A stretch of 64,000 bases of DNA from Rhina ancylostomus (taxonomy: Eukaryota). The notes under the pieces were generated by a model, which was not told the DNA's origin, did not search any database, and worked only from the letters and a program-made list of their open reading frames with translations. Below are positions 1 to 14,300 of the stretch, one piece after another. The DNA is taken from contig JARFYF010000074.1 in NCBI GenBank assembly GCA_030265395.1, positions 45,236,645 to 45,300,644 on the forward strand, read 5' to 3'. The position numbers were made by a program, and so were the translations under genes. Positions within the stretch are counted from its first letter, which is position 1. The number at the start of each line of letters is the position of its first letter.

Positions 1-150
1 CTTAGAGCAGGAGAAAATATCGACACAACATTATGGGCCAAAGGGCCTGGATTGTGCTGTAATGTTCTATGTTCCGTTTAAGACAGTATCAACTAATTTT
101 AAATAGTTTTTTTATTGGATTTTTCATCGCATTTCTTCTGCTTTTCATAT

Positions 151-480
151 GGGTTGCATGGTGACACAGCAGTTAGCACAACGTCGTAGTTCCAGGATCC
201 TAGGTATGATCCTGACCCCGAGTGCTATCTGTGTAGAGTCTGGACATTCTCTATGTGCTCTGGTATTTCCCTTCAATGTTCTGGTTTCTTCTCATATCTG
301 AAAGGTGTACTGGTAGGTTAATTGGCTGTTTTGAATTAACCCTTTGTGTAGGTAATTGGCAAAAGAATTGGAGCAGGGATAGGTATGTGATAAAGAATAG
401 GTAACAGGGATATGGGACTCATGGAAATGCTTTGCTGGGAGCTGGCATGGTTCTGAGGGGCTGAATGGCCTTCTGTGCTT
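151..480 (+). mobile_element. tRNA-derived V-domain/HE1-like SINE (decayed)
   Basis: tRNA-like head, V-domain-like core (tgtgtagagtctggacattctc...ggtttcttctcatatc) and CR1-like tail. Confidence 0.65.
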
Positions 481-654
481 TAATAGATGAGAATATCTGC
501 TGTCTTGATAACCTGCTTTTGAATGCCTCAATTATCCTGCCATGGTCACCTCCAACTCTACTGAGTAGCGGCAGAGTTGGCTGCCTTTTTATGCTTTGAT
601 CAGGGAGTCTATCTTGAAAGCAAGAAGACAAAAGAGGCTGCAGGTGCTCAAATC

Positions 655-753
655 TAGAACGAAAACAGAATGCTGCAAGAACTCAGCTGGTCAGGCAGCA
701 TCTGTTTATTCTTTGACCTGCTGAGCTCTTCCAGCATTCCAGTTTTTGTTCTA
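655..753. repeat. Inverted repeat formed by a Penelope/MER6-like short element
   Basis: tagaacgaaaacagaatgctgcaagaactcagctggtca pairs imperfectly with tgacctgctgagctcttccagcattccagtttttgttcta. Related copies at 5935-6110, 6240-6350, 25040-25380 and 60750-60850. Confidence 0.75.
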
Positions 754-2261
754 TCTGAAAGCTAATCAGAATGAAATCATTCTGAGAAGGGCAAGATTTA
801 TGATTAGCAATGTAATTTTCTGCGATCTGATCTTGTGGAAGGCATTCCACAACACTACACTAATGATTCTAGCTGAGGTTACTCAAGTTCTGGGAATATG
901 GTTACCACACGTCCAGTTGAAGTGAGATGTCATCGAATTTTTCTTGGATGTCCCAGAAGGGGGTCATGATTGAACTTCCACCTACCAGCTAAACCACAAT
1001 TTGACTGCTTTTCATTTTTACTGCATATGCAAATTCTACTCCCAGTAATATCTCACTCGTTCCAAAGTTGCCAAGAAGAGGCTATTATGTTGATACAGAG
1101 CACCAGCTGCAACACCTGAGAAAGGTGTTTTTTTTAAAGAGATTAGAAGTAGCCTTAGTGGCCCCAAGTTATCCAGTTCTTAATTCTGAGAGTACTGTAA
1201 AAAGTAAACACAAGCAGGTTATATAACTGGGACTCTGAATGTGGAATTAGAGGATACAAATACAGAATTAGCAAACTGAACAAGGATAAAAGGAGCTTTT
1301 TATAAATAATAAAAATTTATAATACGTAACTGGACTTGCAAGTGTTTGTTCCTGCTTTTTGATCAAATGTTAAAAATAAACTGAATAATTAGCTGGTTAG
1401 GAACAGGATTGAAGGTGATAAGCATAAGCACAGATTGAAATGATACAATACTCAATAGACTACAATAACTCTTGAGCAGCTGATGCAATGGAAATGTCAT
1501 GTGCTGGCAAGTAATTAGTCAAACATAAGTAAGATTGGATAGATATTCTGCAGTTTCACTTAATGATCCTTGAAAAGACTTTATAGAAAGTTCTTCCAGG
1601 AGATTAAACAAATTAAACCCAAATTACCCATCTCTTAATCGTCATTCCTTAAACACCTTAATATTGATTGACTGCATGGCCCTAGATCAAAGATTTATTT
1701 AAAATCAAATTTGATACAACCAAGATCATTCCCATTTCTCTCCTTCCAATGTTTGGTGAAAGCCTCTTCATCATTTACTGAATTCAACAATGCAGTCTTT
1801 TCTTTCTATCTCTTGTTCTGATTATTTTATGAAATGTTTTGAGATGTTTGATTTCATGAAGACTTTAAAATAAAAAAATCATTATTGTTGAATCCCTGTT
1901 ATTCATTTCACACAATCTAACATTAATAGACCAGTTCTTATTCAATGTTATATTTGGATTTATTCGAGCATTGATATGAAACAGTTGCGTATCAGAGTAT
2001 CCTTTCACTGAGTTCTGAGTTTCATTGCAATACATTCTATTCTTAACCAATTTCTACTGCCTTTATCATTGAAACACAACTGATCTGAGGGAATTTAGAC
2101 CAAAGTGAGTTAGAACATTTGCAAAGAGCACATGGACTTAATAAATGATAAAATTTAATAATGTACTGTATCAAATTTTATAATTATTCTTTGATTTGAA
2201 TGGGCTCAATTTATCGAGGTGGCAAAGCCGATTAACTGGTCTGAATTCTTTTTCTCCACAG

Positions 2262-2317
2262 GGCCCTGTACACTTACGAAGATAACACTGACAATCTGAA
2301 ATTAGCCGATTCAGGAG
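2262..2317 (+). CDS. DBN1: Drebrin coding exon 2 (ADF-H): (W)[18 protein letters not shown]
   Basis: tttctccacAG|G...GGAG|GTacgt, 56 bp; matches human WALYTYEDGSDDLKLAASG. Confidence 0.93.
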
Positions 2318-5300
2318 GTACGTGACTAATACAGGCTAGATTTATGCTTCTTGTTAACATTAGCCCTTTCCATCTGGATTTGATCCAGACTTGCCATCAT
2401 TTGTAAGTAAAAATTGCAGTATACTTGGCAGTAAAGCAATTAATTACACTCTTATAAGGAATTGTGTGCCTGCCTAATCTACAGAAGGTTTCAAGGATTT
2501 GCACTCCATGGGTTCTGGGCATTGATCTGCAGAAGACATGGACAATGACAGCTTTTAAATAATCTACGACTTTAATTTCAAGTTGTTGAATTGCTGTTCA
2601 GATATGTGATGCATTGGCAGGTAGCTAATTATAAGGGTCCATAACCTTACAACATCCTTTTAATATCTAAACCTCTTGGGATATGTAATTTTGTTCACTG
2701 AGCTAAAGAGACAAGTGGAATGTTTTGCAATGTCAGTAGCTGTTGGAATTCTTTTTCTGTCAAGGTGGAGCAAGGTTGTGCAAGACCTCTGCTGTTAAGG
2801 CATTGAAGTTAAAGATGAGAACAGTCCATTGACTCATTATCCTTGTGTTATCGGCAGACTATGTCAGTGCAGAATGCGATAATAAGGCAATGTTCTGAAA
2901 CAGTCCAGTTGTCATCACCCAGTTGCCAAGATTGGGAAGTGGATGGAATAGGACATTCTGTCCTTGATTTGTTGGGGCTCTACATGTAATCCACATGCTT
3001 CATTTCTATTTTTAGACTCTTAATAATGCATTTTCTATCCTAATATTTTGATATTAGTAATTTAGTTTTTTGTCTTGGCTACATTTGTCCGAGGTTTCAT
3101 AAGAGTGGAAGAAACCTTAGCTATAAATTCCATAACCAGAGTTAATGAGCAAAACAGAGACAATGTCAGCTTTTAAGAATTAGTTAAGTGGATGGTTAAA
3201 TAAAATAGGAATAAAGAAAAATAGAATAGGTGAGCATGAGACTACTGCTCACATGAAAAAAAACACCAACAGTATGGTTGTCTTAAAATACCCATTTCCA
3301 CATTGCAATTTTTAACTCTACAATGTGATGCCAGCAGTTTCATAATTATAAACAATCTAATTTAAAAATAAAATCAATCAACTTTTCTACACTGAAAGTT
3401 AAGTTGCCTGAGGTATATTTCTAGATGTTAAATGATTTGACACTGGTACCATTTCTCTTTTATACCAAGAAAATTATACACAGCAAAATATTTTCTAACT
3501 TAGATGAGTCCTATAAATGCCTTGAGAGATGAGGTCATGAGGTTTGTGGCCACTTTTGCAAATTTGAGAACGGTGAAGCTCGGTAGAGGATGTGAACTGT
3601 CCATTCTTTTAATAGAGAATTGAGAGGAAATTTGATAGCACTGAAGTGAGGCGTGCAGATAAATAGCAGTGCAGAAGAGAGAGATCTAGAGTTTAAAAAG
3701 TGGAGAAGTAAAAGTTATGGACAGAAACTTAGAAGATAAAGATGTGTATGTTTGATAGAGAAGTAAGGGGATTCATAGTAAAAGATGGGGGAAAAATATG
3801 AAAATACAGAGTATAAACGGAGGAAAGAGAAGGTAATTACAGACACATGATATCAGTTCAGTTTACATCTGGGTGACTTTATTCTGAATTATTTTTGCAG
3901 TGATAGTCCACAGACTCTGGGTTAATTCAGAAGGACACTTGTATTTTCAGTAACAAATAAAATAAATAATTTTTTTTCTTTTACATTTAATTTTCATTTA
4001 TGTAGCCCTTTTAAATATTCCTGGGCAAATCATGGAAACATTTTTGATCAGAAAAATTGTTGTCAAGATGCATAAAGATAAATTAGGGCAGGAGAAGTTT
4101 GGGGTAGGGTGGGGATTTCAGAGCTTGGCGCATTGCAATGATGGATCGAGTAAATTAGGGGATGCTGAAGAGAGCAGAATAGAAGGAATGTAGATTTCTT
4201 GGGGTTATTAGGGCTAGACTCTAAAAATGCTGCTGTAATGTACAGCCAATTTGTAAACAGCAATTAAGTTATGTGTCAAGATACTCAGCTTTAGTAGAGG
4301 CATAAATGTTGGCCCAGATACTGGAAGATACAATACTGTCTTGGAATCTTTTACACTCATTTGTAGCATTTGTGGCGGGAGATACAGACTTAATATTTCA
4401 GGTCAACTACTTTTAATTGAACTTGAACTTCTGGTTCATACTTGAAAGATATTTTAATATTTTTTCATTTAATTAATCTTTATTGTCAATGCCCCTGTTT
4501 TTAATGAGATGGGCCAATTTTCTATTCTTTGTTAACTTGCTTCCTATTCTTGTGTCTTTTATTCTGCCAGTAATTGCTATTTTTCAAACTGACATTGAAT
4601 TGTCCATTATTGGAAGGGAGTGGGTGTCTGCTTTTAAGTCATCAATGTAAATTCTCCAGCTGAAGATTTCTCTGCTGCCTAAGAATGATAGTTTTGCTAC
4701 TTGGATGCAAGACTCAGACATGATTAGAATGGCTTTATTACCTTTTCACTTAGTCCCAATTTTTCAAGCTGGTTATTTTGTATCTGCAACATGACAAATT
4801 TATTATTAAATGGAGTACAGTTTATTGCCTGCATATGTCATTGAAAATAGCATTCCATAAATGATGCATCAGGCTGCTGGATTTATCATATATTAATAAA
4901 AATTAAGGTTAATTGCTTGGTAACACAGCAAATTAATTGGGGTCTTCCATCTGGGGAAAGTTTAGTCATGTTAACTTGATTGAATCAGAACAAAGGAATT
5001 ATCACAAAACAGAAGGAGACCATTTGCCCCATCAAGCCCTTTGTAAGAGCATCCAATTATTCCCATTCCCTGGTTCATTCCCCATTACCTGGCTATGTTT
5101 TTAGTCCCTCTATTATGCTCTATATATTCAATTCCCTCTTGGAAGCTCTGGTTCTGCTAACACCATTTCCTACAGTGAATTCCAGATCATGACTGCTAAC
5201 TGCAGGAAAATGTTTCTCCCTTCCCAATCACACCTGGTTCTTTCTGGTTACTATTAAGGTGCATCCTCTGGTTCTGGACTCTGCTACCAATGGAGACAGT

Positions 5301-8300
5301 TTCTTTTTGTTCTCTTTGTCTTTATAGTTGTTAATTTGCACACTCCTAACAAAAGATTCCTCGACTTTAAGGAGAAAAGCCCATTTTCTCCAATCCATCC
5401 TCTCTCTTTCCTCAGGACCATCTTGCTATTACCATAAAATTGAATCCATTAGTACTCATTTAGTACCTGTGTCTGGCTTCTGCTCTCCTGTTTGCTGTAC
5501 CAACATGCTCATTGATAGTCTTGTATTTTTTCTGTGCCCTTGTTTTTTTTCACTAATCTCTCTTTGCTTTTTTAGTATTTTTGCCTGATCTTCACCTCGT
5601 GTTTATCATTTAACCCATTCTATTCTTCTTACTCTTTTATTGTCTAATATTTACCCCTAAAGGCATGTATCTACAATGTTCCAAAATCATTCTTTTGAAG
5701 ATGCTGATTGTTCACTTACAATTTTGTCACCAACTTTTGTTTCCATTTTCAGCGGACTGAAATTGCCCTTTTTCCAACCATATATTTTACCTCTGATCAC
5801 GTTGTGTTATTTTCCATTCCCAAATAAACCTGATGATTAGATGATCAATTTTCCCATAGTGATACCTGTTCCACTTAAACCATCTCATATCTCAGAACTA
5901 ATCCAGCAATGTCTCTTTCCCTTAAAAAGCAAAAAAAACCTGCAAAAGTTGGACATCTGAAGGAAAAACAAAAATTGATGGAAGTACTTAGCAGGTCAAG
6001 CAGTATCTGGGGAGTTTTGATGAAAGGATCATGCACCTGAAACATAATTCAATTTCTCTCTTCAGAGAGATTTGCTTGATCTACTGAGTATTTACAGCAG
6101 TTTGTTTTTGTCATGTTTCCTTTCTTAATAGGCTATAAACACATGGATAAAGTTCTCATGAAGCTTGTTTAGAAATATTTTGCTCTTTGCATCTTTCTTC
6201 CATTGTCACTTTTCTATATAGTAAATGAAACTCAAACAACTACAAATCTGAAATAATAAAAATGTTTGATACACTCAGCAGGTCAGGCAGCATCTGTGGA
6301 AAGAGAAATAGTTAACATTTTGGGTTGAAGATCTTTCACCAGAACTTGGAAAGAGAATGAGTTAGTTTGAAGTTGCAGAGAATGCAAGGGAAGGAATGGA
6401 AAGGGAGTATTGTTAGGGTGAGATCAGGGTCACTGAGGATAAGTAATTGGTAAAGTTATCTGATATGCAAATAAGGGGAGAGTAAATTGCACCTGGTGGT
6501 GGAATCTAATAGAATGGGGTGGAAATTGCAAAGAAATACTTCCTGCACTGTTGTGAGGAGTCCTAACATAAGCTTGAGTAACAGTACCTCATATTCCATC
6601 TGCACATTGCAGTCTTCCACACTCAATATCAAATTCAACAGTTTGGTAATTCACTTTCTCATGTGTGGGTCACTCATCTGCAATATTGATTGTTTTTCCC
6701 TCTCTACTAGTATGGCCTGGCTTGCTGGGCATTTCCTACAGTTCTGGGTTTAGGAAAGAAATTAAGAGGGCATAAAGAGGCCATCAAATATCCTTGACAT
6801 GAGATTAAGGAAAATCCCAAGATGTTCTCATATGTATATGGGAGCAAGAGGATAGCCAGAGAAAGAATGGGTCCCCTTAGGAACCAAAGTGGTAACCTAT
6901 GTGGGCAGGGTCCTAAATTAACATTTTTCATCTGTACTCACCAGCAAGAAGGACCTGGAAGATGGTGAATTCAGGGAGGGATGCATGGATAATCTGGAGC
7001 AGGTCAGTATTAAGAAGGATGAGGTGTTATATGTCATGTGATGCATTAGGGTTGATAAATCCCCAGGGCTGGACGAAATATCTCTCAGGTTGCCATGGGA
7101 AGCAAGAGAGAAGATAGCTGGGGCTCTGGTGGAGATTATTACATCTTAGTTAACCACAGGTGAAGTGGCAAAAGACTGGAGGATAGTTAATGTTATTCCT
7201 TTGTTTAAGAGGGCAACAGGGATAAGCCAGGTCACTACAGGCTGGTGAGTCTTGGGTCAGTGGTAAGGAAATTATTGGTGAAAATCCTAAGGAATAGACT
7301 TTATAGAAAGTCAGGGGCTCGTCAAGTATAGTCAGAATAGCTTTGTGTGGGAAAATCCTGCCTCACTAATTTGACTGAGTGTTTTTTTGAGGAGATAACT
7401 CAAAATGACTAATGAAGACAAGTGGGTAGGTATCTATATGGACTTTAATACGGCCTTTGACAAGGTCCCATGTGGTAGGCTGGTCCAGAAGGTTATGGTT
7501 AATGGGATCTGAGGCAAGCTGGCTAATTGGAACTAAACTTGGCTTGATGATAAAAGGCAGAGGGCAATAGTGGAAGGATGCTTCTCTGGTTGGGGCACAA
7601 AATATAAAAGTTGAGGTGTTGTGTTGCAACTTTACAAAATGCTTTGTAAAGTTCCATAGAGACTGCAGTGGAGTGTTGTGTGCAATTCTGGTCCCCACAC
7701 TATAGGAAGGATGTGGTTGCGTACAAGAGTGCAGAGGAGATTCACCAGGATGTTGGCTAGATTGGAGGACTTTAGAAATGGGGAGAGATTGGATAGAATG
7801 GTTTGTTTTCCCTGGAACAAAGGAGGCCAAGGGGGCAACCTGATAGATGTAAATAAAATTATAAGAGGCATAGATGGAGTAGATGGTCAGAATCTCTTTC
7901 ACCATGATGGGGGTATCAAAAACCAGGGCATAAGTTTAAGGTGAGAGGAAGAGGTTTTAAAGGAGATTTGAGGGGGAAGTTTTAATAAACAGTCACTGCC
8001 AGAGGAAGTGGTAGGGTCATATACCATCACTACATTTAAGAAACATTTAGACAGGCACTTAAATAGGCAAGGTAAAGAAGGAAATGGACCTTGTCCAGGC
8101 AAATGGGATTGGTACAGATGGGGGAAAAGGTGGGCATCGACATGGTGGGCTAGAGAACCCATTTTTGTGCTGTACAACTCTGACTCAAACAATGCTGCTG
8201 TAATGTGCAGCCAATTTGTAAACAGCAATTAAGTGACGTGTCAAGATACTCAGCTTTAGTAGAGGCATAAATGTTGGCCCAGATGCTGGAAGATACAATA

Positions 8301-11300
8301 CTGTCTTGGAATTTTTTTACACTCATTGATGTTTTGGCTTAATGTCTTATTGAAAAAGGTGGTACATCTAACAAACTAGCTGAAATAATAGTGTACACAA
8401 CATCCTGGCTGCAAGTATAAACTGCAAGAAGAGTCATGACTGATATATCTATCACTCTTCTGAAGCATATATGGTGGGTATTTTCATAAAGCTTCACAAG
8501 TTATCATGAGTAGTTTCACATAAAAGTTACATGCCTATTGCAAAGCACATTGCTTTATTCAACACTTGATTAAGATGAGATAAGATTTCTTTATTAGTCA
8601 CATGTACATCGAAACACACAGTGAAATACATCTTTGCGTAGAATGTTCTGGGGGTAGCCTGCATGTGTCACCATGCTTCCAGTGCCAACATAGCATGCCC
8701 ACAACTTCCTAACCTGTACATCTTTGGAATGTTGGAGGAAACCAGAGCACCCGGAGGAAACCCACACAGTCACGGAGAGAACATACAAACTCCTTACAGA
8801 CAGTGGCCAGACTTCCACCTGGGTCGCTGGTGCTGTAAAGCGTTACACTAACCGCTACTCTACCATGTTATGTAATTTGGTACTTACTGTAGGGGTGGCA
8901 GAGGTTACCAAATTGCTTCCAAGCTCTCTGTGTGGACAGTGCAATGATGCATAGAGATACATGTGTAATAATGTTCAACACATCTTTGGACATCACTCTC
9001 TTAAAAATTGTTTTGCACATGTGTGGCCCATGATTATCACGAACCACTCCTGCACAACGTCTGTGAAGCCATTTGTAGCAAAACTTAAGAAACTAGCTTA
9101 ACCAGATGATGGCATTCAATATTTGGATCTACCTTTAGGTTTGTCACTTTTAGGTTATCTACTTGAGCCTTACTCCCAACCCCCACCCGTTGCCAGCAAT
9201 TGCTGACAACTCTGACATCACCCCCATCCCTCAGTCATTCTTGTATTTTTCCGGTCTGTATCTTTTTGTATTATTAAGATCAGAATTGTGTATAGTACTC
9301 TGCCTTTTTTAAAGTTCTTTATAGGTTTAATGTAACTTCCTGTGTTTTTCAATTCTATTCCTCTAGCAATGAATCCCAGTGCTTAGCTTGCATTTTTATG
9401 ACTCTTAATGTGCATTATTACTTGTACTAATTTGTGAATCTTTATCTCTATTTAAGCTCTTATTTTCTAAGAGGAGATGCATACAATATTTGCCTTATAC
9501 ATTTATCAATTTGCTAACTTTTGCTTTAGTTTTGCCACCTCTATATTAACATCTAATTTCTGTCGCCCGCATATTTTGTTATACTGCTTCCAACTTCCAA
9601 CTCCAATTCATGATACTGTCAATAGTGAGTTACTGTGGACCTGAATTTGATTTCAATGGAGCAGCATTTCCCAAACTTCTGCTTTAATCTTTGATCTCAG
9701 TTTTCTTTTTTGTGGCCAGCATGCAATCTACACTCATCCCCCAACTCCAGCTTAGTCCTGAGTAGGCTTTGTTAATGGCCCTTTGAAATTTGTTGCCTGG
9801 TAAATCATTCTTGGCCAGTAGTGCTCAGTCAGGGATGTATTTTACTGCACTTATGCATTATATCCACTGCATTACAATTGTTACTATGTTAAATAAATCA
9901 ATAATTGGACAAAATTGACCTTCACTATTAAATCTGTGTCTATTCTTTATTATATTCTGAGTTTCTAACTCTATTCCTGTTACACCATTGAGCAAATATT
10001 CCATTATATTTCTCTATATACAAGTTGATCCTGAATTTACAACTTTTGACCTTTTACCCATAACCTGCAGTAGATCATATGACTTTGCCTTTGTACTTTG
10101 CTCAAATTGAAATTTTGCTTACTTCACATACACTGACTCACCAGCTATATAAATAAGTAGTCTATCTCTCACTGCAAGCTTCACTAATTTGAATAATGAA
10201 CAGTTATTCTGCAATCTAAAACCCAATGTCCAATATCACTGACAGATCCTCTTTGTATTTATTAGCAGCCCACGCATACAAAAAATCATCATAATGTTTG
10301 GTTGCTGTTTTTATATTGTTTACTACTGAGATATGTAAGTATTTCACAATTAGTTGGGCTAATTCATACAAAGATCAAATAATTCATTTATGGACAATTA
10401 ATTGATTCTCCTGTATTTCCAGATTATTGAATACATTTAAATAACATTAGAAGTATAACAAGACATTTTTGATCAATGTGTTGATCTAGTAGTTAGTTTT
10501 ATGAGTGAGATTACATTGCCAATCACACTTGAGTCATGGAGTTATATAGACCCTATGGCCTATCATGTGCATGCTGACCTTCTATACTAATCCTATTTAC
10601 TAGCATTTGGTCCGTAGCCTTTTATGTATTGTTGGTTCAAGTCCTGAGTGTCCTCATACACAAATCACTGAAAATTACCATATAGGTACAGGAGGCAGTA
10701 AGGCAAATGGTACATTGTCCATTTTACAAGAGGATTTGAGTACAAGATAAGGGTATAATTTTACTCCCATTTCAGAGGGTGCTGGTGAGAGAGCAGCTGA
10801 AATATCATGCACAGATTGGAGCTTCCTACCTAAGGAAGGATATACTTTTGAAGTGCAGTAAAGGTTCACTGGATTGATTCCTGGGATCTAGGATTTGACC
10901 TATGTCAAGAGATTAAGCAGACTAGGCCTTATTCTCTCTTGAGTTTATAAAGAAATGGTTAATGTTTCAGGTCAATGACTTATTCATCAGATCTAGGGGG
11001 TGTTTTAAGCAGGAGAGATGGAAAGAAAAAAGAGGATGTCTGTGATTTTTTTTTCCCCCCTTGTCATCAATTTCACCACCCCTTCCCAGCTGTGCTCTTA
11101 GATTGAAGCTGACTGTTCATCACCTTTGCATCCTATTTATCCTTGAGCAGCCTTTTTGTAAAGTAAAAGCCATAGGGTTATTACAGAAGGAGGCCATTCA
11201 GCCATTTGAGATGTGGTGAGTTTCTGTGAGCGCCATTCATCACATCTCCCCTGTTTTGTCCCTGTAGTCCTGTAAATTTATGTCTAATGCTTACCAAATT

Positions 11301-14300
11301 CCTTTTGTGCATCTACCACCCATACAGCCATCATAATCCAGATCATAATTACTCACTAGTGATTGAGTCTTCCTCATTTCTCCTTTGGTTCTTTTGCAAG
11401 TCACCTTAAATCTATGTTGTTTGGTTTCCATTCCTCACACCAAGGGGAATAGTACCTCTTTATTCATTTTGCCTAAATCCTTCTTGATTTTGAGTACATC
11501 TTCCAATTTTTTTGGCATAAGGAGAACAACCATATTTTATCCATTTATTTGAGTTCACTCATCTCCCGAACTATTCTAGTAAATCATTTCTGCACAGAGT
11601 TCAACATAACTTTTATATTCTAGCCTTATCTATAATGTTTAAGATCCAATGCGTTTTATTTAACTTGTGCTGCTGTCATCAAAAATTTGTGCAGGTTTCA
11701 CTCCAGGTTTCTCAGCTTCTGCAGCCCCCTTTGGAATAGTATCTTGTATATTATTTTACCTCTGTGTTTTTCCACCAAGAAGGCTTCATTTTGCAATTCT
11801 CATTCCTTATTGCTTCTTCACCACCAAGGTTAATGATGTGCTGATAGTTGCAGGGTTTATCCTTAGTTTCTCGATTCAACAATGTTGGAACATTTGTAGT
11901 TTTCCAGCCCCCTACCACCCTCTTTGTCAAAATAGAATTGAAAGATAATGGATAGTAGTTTGCAGGTTTGCACTTGTATTTCACTGAGCAANNNNNNNNN
12001 NNNNNNNNNNNNNNNNNNNNNNNNNNNNNNNNNNNNNNNNNNNNNNNNNNNNNNNNNNNNNNNNNNNNNNNNNNNNNNNNNNNNNNNNNNNTTCTGAATA
12101 TTATCATCGGCAAGCTTCACATTTACTGCTGTGACGTGATCTTGCTGTTCAGGTAGCTTGGACAGTCACTTCCCTTATCTGGGAATTACATTAAACAGCA
12201 TAATAATTTCCAGACCTTGGTGACCGTGACGCACACTCCTGCCTCTCAGGATTTCAAAATCTGATACTTGGCATCAGATCAGCTATCTGCAACAGCACTT
12301 TGAGCCAGACCATTTCGTATAAAAATAGCTCTCAAGATTCAGCCAGCTGTGATGTTTGACATTAAAGCACAGATAGATTGGACTGTGCTCATTTTGCTCT
12401 TTGCTGTAATAAAACATAAAGCAACACATTTTGTTACTCATGATTAGTAGAGATGTAAAGGAAAGGCTACACTTATGTGGGACTAACATTCAATTATAAT
12501 GTGATAGAATATTCATGAATGGTCAAGATGGATGATGTGTTGTCATAATGTGTTTTAAAAAATGAATTGGTTTGAAGTTGTTCAGAGAATTGTTTTGGTG
12601 TAAGTGATTCTTTGATTTAAAACTTAGCCTTTGATGACATGTGAGTACTCTTATTTTTCAAGGAAGCAAAACGTTTTCAAAATGTTGATAAATCATGGAT
12701 CAAAATTATGCAGCGAGCTCATGAGATTCCAGCTGTGGTCCAGTGTTGTGTAGGAGATGACATTATGGGGCAGCTTCTGCCTCACTTACAAGAGCAACTC
12801 GAAGTCTGTCAGAAATCACTAACAGGGTAAGAATTTTCTTTGTTATTTATTCATTCATGGGATATGAGTGCTTCGTGCAAGCCCAGCTTTTATTGTTTGC
12901 CCTTAATTGCTCCTGAACTAATGGCTTGCGAAGATGTCATTCAGACCAGTTTACATGTAACTCCAGTCCTACCAGTCTGGCTGCCTATAGCAAACCACTC
13001 AGTTCAACCAGCATAGCTCTCTAAAATTCTCCCAGTCCTCTGGGGTTTTACTTTTCTTGGCAACTTTGTTAGCCTCTCCTCATAGTTCTTATTAGTCCTT
13101 TATTAACCACATGGAGCTTTTATTTTTCAGTGGAATTTTGAAAATGCAAATTTAAAATCCCAACGGAAAATCATCTAATCTAAACGTGCTTTCTCAAAAC
13201 AAAATAGCCAGGTTAGTTGGAATCATAGAATCTTGAAAATTTATGACATTAAAGGGAGCTATTTAACCCATTACATGCCAAACAGACATAGCCTTCTCTT
13301 AGCAAATCAGAGGCATCTAAAACTAGAAGGCATAGAATTAGGGTAAGGGGCAAGAAGTTTAGAGGGAATCAGAGGAGAGGAACCTAATGACCCAGGGAGT
13401 GGCTGGAATCTAGAATGCGTATGGGTGTGGTGGAGGCACATTCTCTCACAACATTTAAGAACTATTTACATGAGCACTTGAATTGCCAAAGCATATAAAG
13501 CTTTGGCCCAAGGGCTGGTAAAAGGGATAGGTATAGATAAATACTTGACGATCAGCATGGACATGGTGGGCAAAGGGCCTTCTTCTGCATGACTCCACAA
13601 CTCAGGCTTGTATGTGACACCCTATCTACAGCAATATGGTTGCTCTTAGCTTCCCTGTGAAATGGCCTAGCAAGCCACAGAACTTGTGCAATTAGAGACG
13701 TGCAACCAGTGCTGGCCTTGACCAGTGACACCTAAAGTCTGAACACTAAATAAAAGGAAGATTGGGAGATGGGTTTTCCCTCAGCAATGTAGGATGCATT
13801 CCATCTAGACCTGGTGACTTACCCACTTAATGTACATCCAAGATTTTCAGTATCTCCCTTCTATTAAGTTTTTCTCTATCCAGTAGCTCTCTGCATCCTT
13901 TTTTATTATGACTTTAGTAGCATCTTGTTTTGTGCAGATAGATGGAAAGAACTGGATATAAGAGGTTTTAGGACCCCCTTTTGCTTTGCCCCTCTCATCT
14001 CATTTTTCACTTTAACTCTGATTTTTCTTTATTTAAGCTGGTTCTTTCATGTATTGTCATCCAGACATTGATCTTATTGCCCTTTTTCTGCATCATCTTA
14101 CTTTTTATCTCTTTTATCACACAGGGGCTCTAGCTTTTATTGCCATATCTTTTTTTTCTCATAGAAATATACCTAAATACAACCTGAATAATTTGCTTTA
14201 CAAATCTTTAAAAATGGCAGGCCAAGACAAGAATCCAATATTTAAAAAAAAATATTTATGGGATCAGGATCTTTGTAAAAGAGGTCAAGTGCACTGAACC

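Noticed and set aside
1-2261. Search for drebrin coding exon 1 and promoter
   Set aside because: No MA..L..H/NRLxLL..Y-like exon ending in TG|GT and no CpG island were seen; it presumably lies upstream of the window.
7366-7905. 179-aa minus-strand ORF
   Set aside because: Antisense to a CR1 remnant; no recognisable protein.
8810-8870. tRNA-like A/B-box sequence
   Set aside because: Head of a tRNA-derived SINE, not a tRNA gene.
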